Source: a virus
Lineage: Duplodnaviria > Caudoviricetes
Direction: 5' to 3' (one strand)
DNA: 64,000 nt
Virus record (IMG/VR): IMGVR_UViG_3300018494_000083
The translations under genes were made by a program, and so were the position numbers. Below, piece after piece: positions 59,887-64,000 of this stretch; the stretch's first letter is position 1; every line of letters starts with the position of its first letter. A model generated the notes under the pieces. That model was not told where the DNA came from. It ran no database searches and saw only the letters and a program-made list of their open reading frames with translations.

Positions 59887-60292
59887 ACCGAGTTCGGAGA
59901 ACGTATTCGACGTTATTGACAGCGTTACACTCACACTGAGAGATAAGTCGGTCGATGAGCCTTGTTCTATCAGGCTCTTTGCAGACCAGTACACTCGTAA
60001 GAACTCAAAGATCATTCAGCCTAAGTCATTCAAGATCGAGCTGAGTGGAACTGTAGGAAACAAGAAAAAGAAGTATGTTGAACTGATGAATAAGATCGTC
60101 AAGTTCATCAAGCTTTCGTCTATCGGAAACAAGACGAAGCACAGAGCAGAGATCATTATGATTATCGTGGCAGCTTTCAAGAAGTTCCCCGATGCATTTG
60201 ATCTTTCGTTCAAAGTAGTTCCCGTAAGAGGAAACAAGGCAGATTACGATCTGATCTACAACTTCTTCGATCTCAAAGTCGAAGAAATCTAA
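59867..60292 (+). CDS. Hypothetical protein
   Basis: ORF 59801-60292; ATG at 59867 follows AAGGAG. Confidence 0.7.
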   Translation: MGKKKIEPSSENVFDVIDSVTLTLRDKSVDEPCSIRLFADQYTRKNSKIIQPKSFKIELSGTVGNKKKKYVELMNKIVKFIKLSSIGNKTKHRAEIIMIIVAAFKKFPDAFDLSFKVVPVRGNKADYDLIYNFFDLKVEEI

Positions 60293-60306
60293 AATACCAC
60301 AATGTA

Positions 60307-62427
60307 ATGGAGTGTGTTACAATGGATGACATCAAAACAACTGCGGAGACTGAGATGTCTTTCGAAGACACTGAAGAAGTGTCTGAACCTATAACCAAAG
60401 AGTCGAAGTATCATGATATGCTTTTGAGTTGGTTGCAATTCAATAAGCGAATCATTGAAGAAGCAAAGAGAGCCAATGTAAATCCGATTATCGAACGGAT
60501 AAATTTCTTGGCTATTGCCGACTCTAACTTGGACGAGTTCATTCGTACCAAGTTCAAACCGAATAAGGGTTTACGTAAGATAATTACTGCCCAAACTTCT
60601 GCCATGGAAGCTGTATATGAAGAGATCGTTCTGGAACTCAAAGAAAAGTATCAGATCAATCTCGTAGCAGTCCAAGATCTTGAGAGTAATCCGAAAGCGA
60701 TGAAATATCTCAAGAAGGTATTCGATAACGAGATCTATCCGTTAATCCAGCCGATGATCTTGAAAGACGAATTGCCGATTCCTGATATGCAAGATGGCGG
60801 ATTCTTCCTGGTAACAAAGATTACTCAGGAGGAAGAAACCAAAGGGTTCTCGGGTATTATCAAGATGCCCGAGAATCGTCTTATCAAAGTAAAAGACGGT
60901 CAAGAGGGTACAACCTTTGTCCGTATTGATAACTTGATTGAATACTTTGTAGACAAGTTCTATAAGGGTAAGACAATCGAGTGGAATAAACTCTTCAGAG
61001 TATTCCGTAAGATCGAGTCGTTAACTGCTCTCGAGAATAAGAACTACTTGAGAATGATTAAGTCTGAGCTTGAGGCAAGAAAGAAAGCTGAGGTAATCAT
61101 GGTTGATGTTTCTGATAATATCAACGGTCTTGAGTCTGTTCTCGGGGATGCAAGAAAGCGTAAGAGAAATTATCCTTCTGGATTTGGGTTCCTCAAGGAT
61201 GTAAGAGACCTCTTCCCTATCGAAGATGAAATGGTCTATCCCAAAGCAAAGCCTAGAATTCCTGCAGCATTAGCTGGTAAGAATATATTTGATACGATCA
61301 CAAAACAAGATGTACTCGTTCACTTTCCATATGAAAGTTTCGACTTAAGTACAGTAAGACTTCTCGAGGAGGCAGCATCTGATCCTCATGTAAAGGTTAT
61401 CAAACAGACTCTTTATAGAGTCTCCCATGATAGTCCGATCATTAAGGCTCTGACAAATGCTGCACACCAAGGTAAACAGGTTATTGTCTTACTTGAGTTG
61501 AAAGCAAAAATGGATGAAGAGCATAACTTGTTCTTAATCGATATCTTGAAGAAAGCTGGCTGTGATATAATCTTTGGTCCTATTCAACTTAAGACTCATG
61601 GTAAAATCACTCTTGTGGTTCGTGAGGAAGATGGAAAGCTCCAGAAGTATTGTAATATTGCAACCGGTAACTTCAATGATAAAACCGCTAGAATTTATGA
61701 AGATTTCTCTTATTTCTGCAAGGAGCGAAATAAGTTCAAAGTCGGTGAAGATTTGTGTGATCTATTCAATATGCTTGGTGGTTGTTCTGATATGAAGATA
61801 ACCAACGAATTACTCATTGCTCCTGACACATTTAGATCAGGAATCGAGAAAGAAATCGATGCAGCAATCGAGAGTAAGAAAGCACATCCATCTGATCTTG
61901 TAGAAATTAAAATCAAGTGTAATTCATTTACCGACAAGCAGATTGCAGATAAGCTTTATGAGGCTTCAAGTGTGGGCGTGAAAGTTTCATTGATCGTAAG
62001 AGGAATGTGTATCGTCAAAGTTGGCGTACCTGGTCTCTCCGAAAATATTAGCTGTATATCTGTAGTAGGAAGGTATCTTGAGCATAGTAGAGTCTATGAG
62101 TTTATCTATCGAGATGATACTAAACAAAAGAAACCCTCCACGCTTGAGAGAAAGGTATACATAGGTTCTGGCGATATGATGCCAAGAAACCTTGATTACC
62201 GAGTAGAGGTAATTACACCTGTCAAGAACACTTTGCTTCGAGATGAGATCCACCAGATCTTAATCGATTATCAGAACGATACCCACGGTTCATATAAGAT
62301 GAATCCCGATGGTTCTTATCAGTTACCAATGATCGACGATCCGGAATTCAAGGGAGAAGATTTCAGTGTTCAAAATACATACATTAGGAAATACAAGAAG
62401 ATTGAAAAATCATTCATGAAGTCCTAA
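60307..62427 (+). CDS. ppk1: Polyphosphate kinase 1
   Basis: LSWLQFNKRIIEEA, SNLDEF, DVLVHFPYESF, IKQTLYRV, LKTHGK (autophosphorylated His), TGNFN, GRYLEHSR, GSGDMMPRNLDYRVE. Confidence 0.93.
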   Translation: MECVTMDDIKTTAETEMSFEDTEEVSEPITKESKYHDMLLSWLQFNKRIIEEAKRANVNPIIERINFLAIADSNLDEFIRTKFKPNKGLRKIITAQTSAMEAVYEEIVLELKEKYQINLVAVQDLESNPKAMKYLKKVFDNEIYPLIQPMILKDELPIPDMQDGGFFLVTKITQEEETKGFSGIIKMPENRLIKVKDGQEGTTFVRIDNLIEYFVDKFYKGKTIEWNKLFRVFRKIESLTALENKNYLRMIKSELEARKKAEVIMVDVSDNINGLESVLGDARKRKRNYPSGFGFLKDVRDLFPIEDEMVYPKAKPRIPAALAGKNIFDTITKQDVLVHFPYESFDLSTVRLLEEAASDPHVKVIKQTLYRVSHDSPIIKALTNAAHQGKQVIVLLELKAKMDEEHNLFLIDILKKAGCDIIFGPIQLKTHGKITLVVREEDGKLQKYCNIATGNFNDKTARIYEDFSYFCKERNKFKVGEDLCDLFNMLGGCSDMKITNELLIAPDTFRSGIEKEIDAAIESKKAHPSDLVEIKIKCNSFTDKQIADKLYEASSVGVKVSLIVRGMCIVKVGVPGLSENISCISVVGRYLEHSRVYEFIYRDDTKQKKPSTLERKVYIGSGDMMPRNLDYRVEVITPVKNTLLRDEIHQILIDYQNDTHGSYKMNPDGSYQLPMIDDPEFKGEDFSVQNTYIRKYKKIEKSFMKS

Positions 62428-62434
62428 TCGCGAG

Positions 62435-62647
62435 GTGAGAAATATGAACGAAAAGGATGAAAGTGTAATGGTTGATAGCTCTATGGGTATGACACATGGA
62501 CTCATCAAAGTCATTACTGAAGTACATAACCCTGTCGAAACAAATAAGGGTTTGCTCGCAGACTGTGACGATGACGAATTGGAAGACAGCCATAGACTGA
62601 GTAATCTTGCTGGTGACCAAATGTGTGTCGCCGCATTTGCGGGTTAA
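62435..62647 (+). CDS. Small acidic hypothetical protein
   Basis: ~67-70 aa, GAGGTG RBS before ATG 62444. Confidence 0.5.
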   Translation: MRNMNEKDESVMVDSSMGMTHGLIKVITEVHNPVETNKGLLADCDDDELEDSHRLSNLAGDQMCVAAFAG

Positions 62648-62794
62648 TTAACATGTATGGGAGAGCCGTTATGGTTCTCCTATATTTTTATTTTTTTTTC
62701 TTCAATTTCTATATTTAAGCCTTATATTATTAAGCTACGACGGAAACAATATACTAATACTAATTAATAATTCTTAAGTCGAGGTGACAAAATT

Positions 62795-63709
62795 ATGACT
62801 CAAGAAACCAACAAAATCCTTATTGAACAAGGATTGTATGGCTTCACAGATCTTCCCGTTCAGGGTGAAGATTACATCATTGAAGCCATCTCTCAATACT
62901 TGGATTCCAAGAATCCTAAATTTACATTAGGCTCAGTTCTGAATGAGTCTATTACTTTCTCCGATGATCTGTCAAAGTACGCACCTCTGATCGAGGCTGT
63001 TGACAAGATTAAGAATTCTGAGGTAAAACTCAATGAAGCAGAGAAAGAAGATGACCAAGTAGAAAAAAATAAACTGCTTGGTAAGTGCGTTGCAGCACTT
63101 AAAGATGCAGTTACCTGGTGGTATCGAGCTGACTCTCCTACTATTGCTAAGAACCTTCGACTTATCACGAGAGTCGTATTCAACGTAGCAGTATTTGTTA
63201 TCAAATGGAAAATGGGTCTCGGCTCCCACTATGCAGATATTATCAGAAACTTCGGTGGCAAGATTCACAGTAACAAGCTGAGTAATGTTGCCGATTCGAA
63301 GATGTTTAAGCAGACTCTTCCTGGTAAGGTTGTCGAACTTCCCATGAAGGACCTTCTGACCGGAAAGAACCTGCAGATCAATGTGGTCAATGCTTGTATT
63401 AACCTTCTTATGAAGGGTATTGAGCGACTCGACCATGAAGCATACTATCAAATCAATCTTAAGGATCTTGATGCCAACATCGCAAGACTTGACAAACTCG
63501 TAGATGAGTTCCAAGAGGCTATTGATGATGAAATTGATCCCGATCTTATCAAGTCTCTCAAGAAAGGCAAACAGGACACTATCAATGCCCTTCGTGACCT
63601 TCTCCTTGTTAAAGAGGAAAAGATGCGTAGAGATGCCAATAAAGAGAAGGTTGATAAGCTGAAAGAAAAGATCTTTAAGCCTAAGGATAAAGACGATAAG
63701 AAAGACTAA
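62795..63709 (+). CDS. Hypothetical, probable virion/internal head protein
   Basis: 304 aa, GAGGTG RBS, late motif AACAatatacTA at 62745, LNES/LNEA motifs. Confidence 0.6.
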   Translation: MTQETNKILIEQGLYGFTDLPVQGEDYIIEAISQYLDSKNPKFTLGSVLNESITFSDDLSKYAPLIEAVDKIKNSEVKLNEAEKEDDQVEKNKLLGKCVAALKDAVTWWYRADSPTIAKNLRLITRVVFNVAVFVIKWKMGLGSHYADIIRNFGGKIHSNKLSNVADSKMFKQTLPGKVVELPMKDLLTGKNLQINVVNACINLLMKGIERLDHEAYYQINLKDLDANIARLDKLVDEFQEAIDDEIDPDLIKSLKKGKQDTINALRDLLLVKEEKMRRDANKEKVDKLKEKIFKPKDKDDKKD

Positions 63710-63788
63710 GATCGACACTATTTACTAAGAATCTCCGAATAGAAACAATATCTATTCGGAGATTTTATTAGAGAAAGGAGAAGTCTAT

Positions 63789-64000
63789 ATGAATATTTTT
63801 TCCGTTATTCAAATCGATGGAAGAAATTATTTTCTGACAGACGAGCAGGCTAAATATGTCTTGAAAGAGTCTGTCTACCATGGTAAGACTAGTAAGTTCA
63901 TTGTCTACTATAACCCTTACCTTGGTATAGATGATCAACCGCTCGAAAGATTTAAACGAGTTAATTCCACCGAACCTTATGAATACGAGCTTGATCCTAA
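63789..64000 (+). CDS. Small hypothetical protein (at window edge)
   Basis: ATG at 63789 after AAGGAG; the frame runs toward the window end. Confidence 0.45.
   Translation, partial: MNIFSVIQIDGRNYFLTDEQAKYVLKESVYHGKTSKFIVYYNPYLGIDDQPLERFKRVNSTEPYEYELDP

Overview
This is a 64-kb segment of an AT-rich jumbo phage of the phiKZ/AR9(PBS1)-like type. It encodes three split multisubunit RNA polymerase genes: a large beta, a C-terminal beta' fragment, and an N-terminal beta' whose DFDGD active site is split by a group I intron carrying a GIY-YIG endonuclease. It also encodes a tape-measure-like protein with a C39-peptidase-like domain, baseplate/virion proteins, a RusA-like resolvase, RNase H, polyphosphate kinase, a kinase-like protein and many small hypothetical genes. 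Two recurring promoter-like motifs and many intrinsic terminators are visible. The main finding lies in four apparently junk intergenic regions (1-179, 18816-19522, 39610-40066, 46714-48562). They are arrays of ~95-130 bp cassettes (27 complete, 1 partial). Each cassette starts with ACTCC (Thr-Pro), is stop-free in that frame for ~31-43 codons, and usually ends in a Gly codon (often GGTG/GGTGTTTG, Gly-Val-Cys). Frame is usually broken only at the junctions, and the cassettes have no start codons or RBSs of their own. This looks like a dispersed library of silent variable protein-coding cassettes, possibly for diversifying a receptor-binding protein. The acceptor gene and the enzyme were not identified in this window. 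All product calls come from motif recognition only; no database searches were run.
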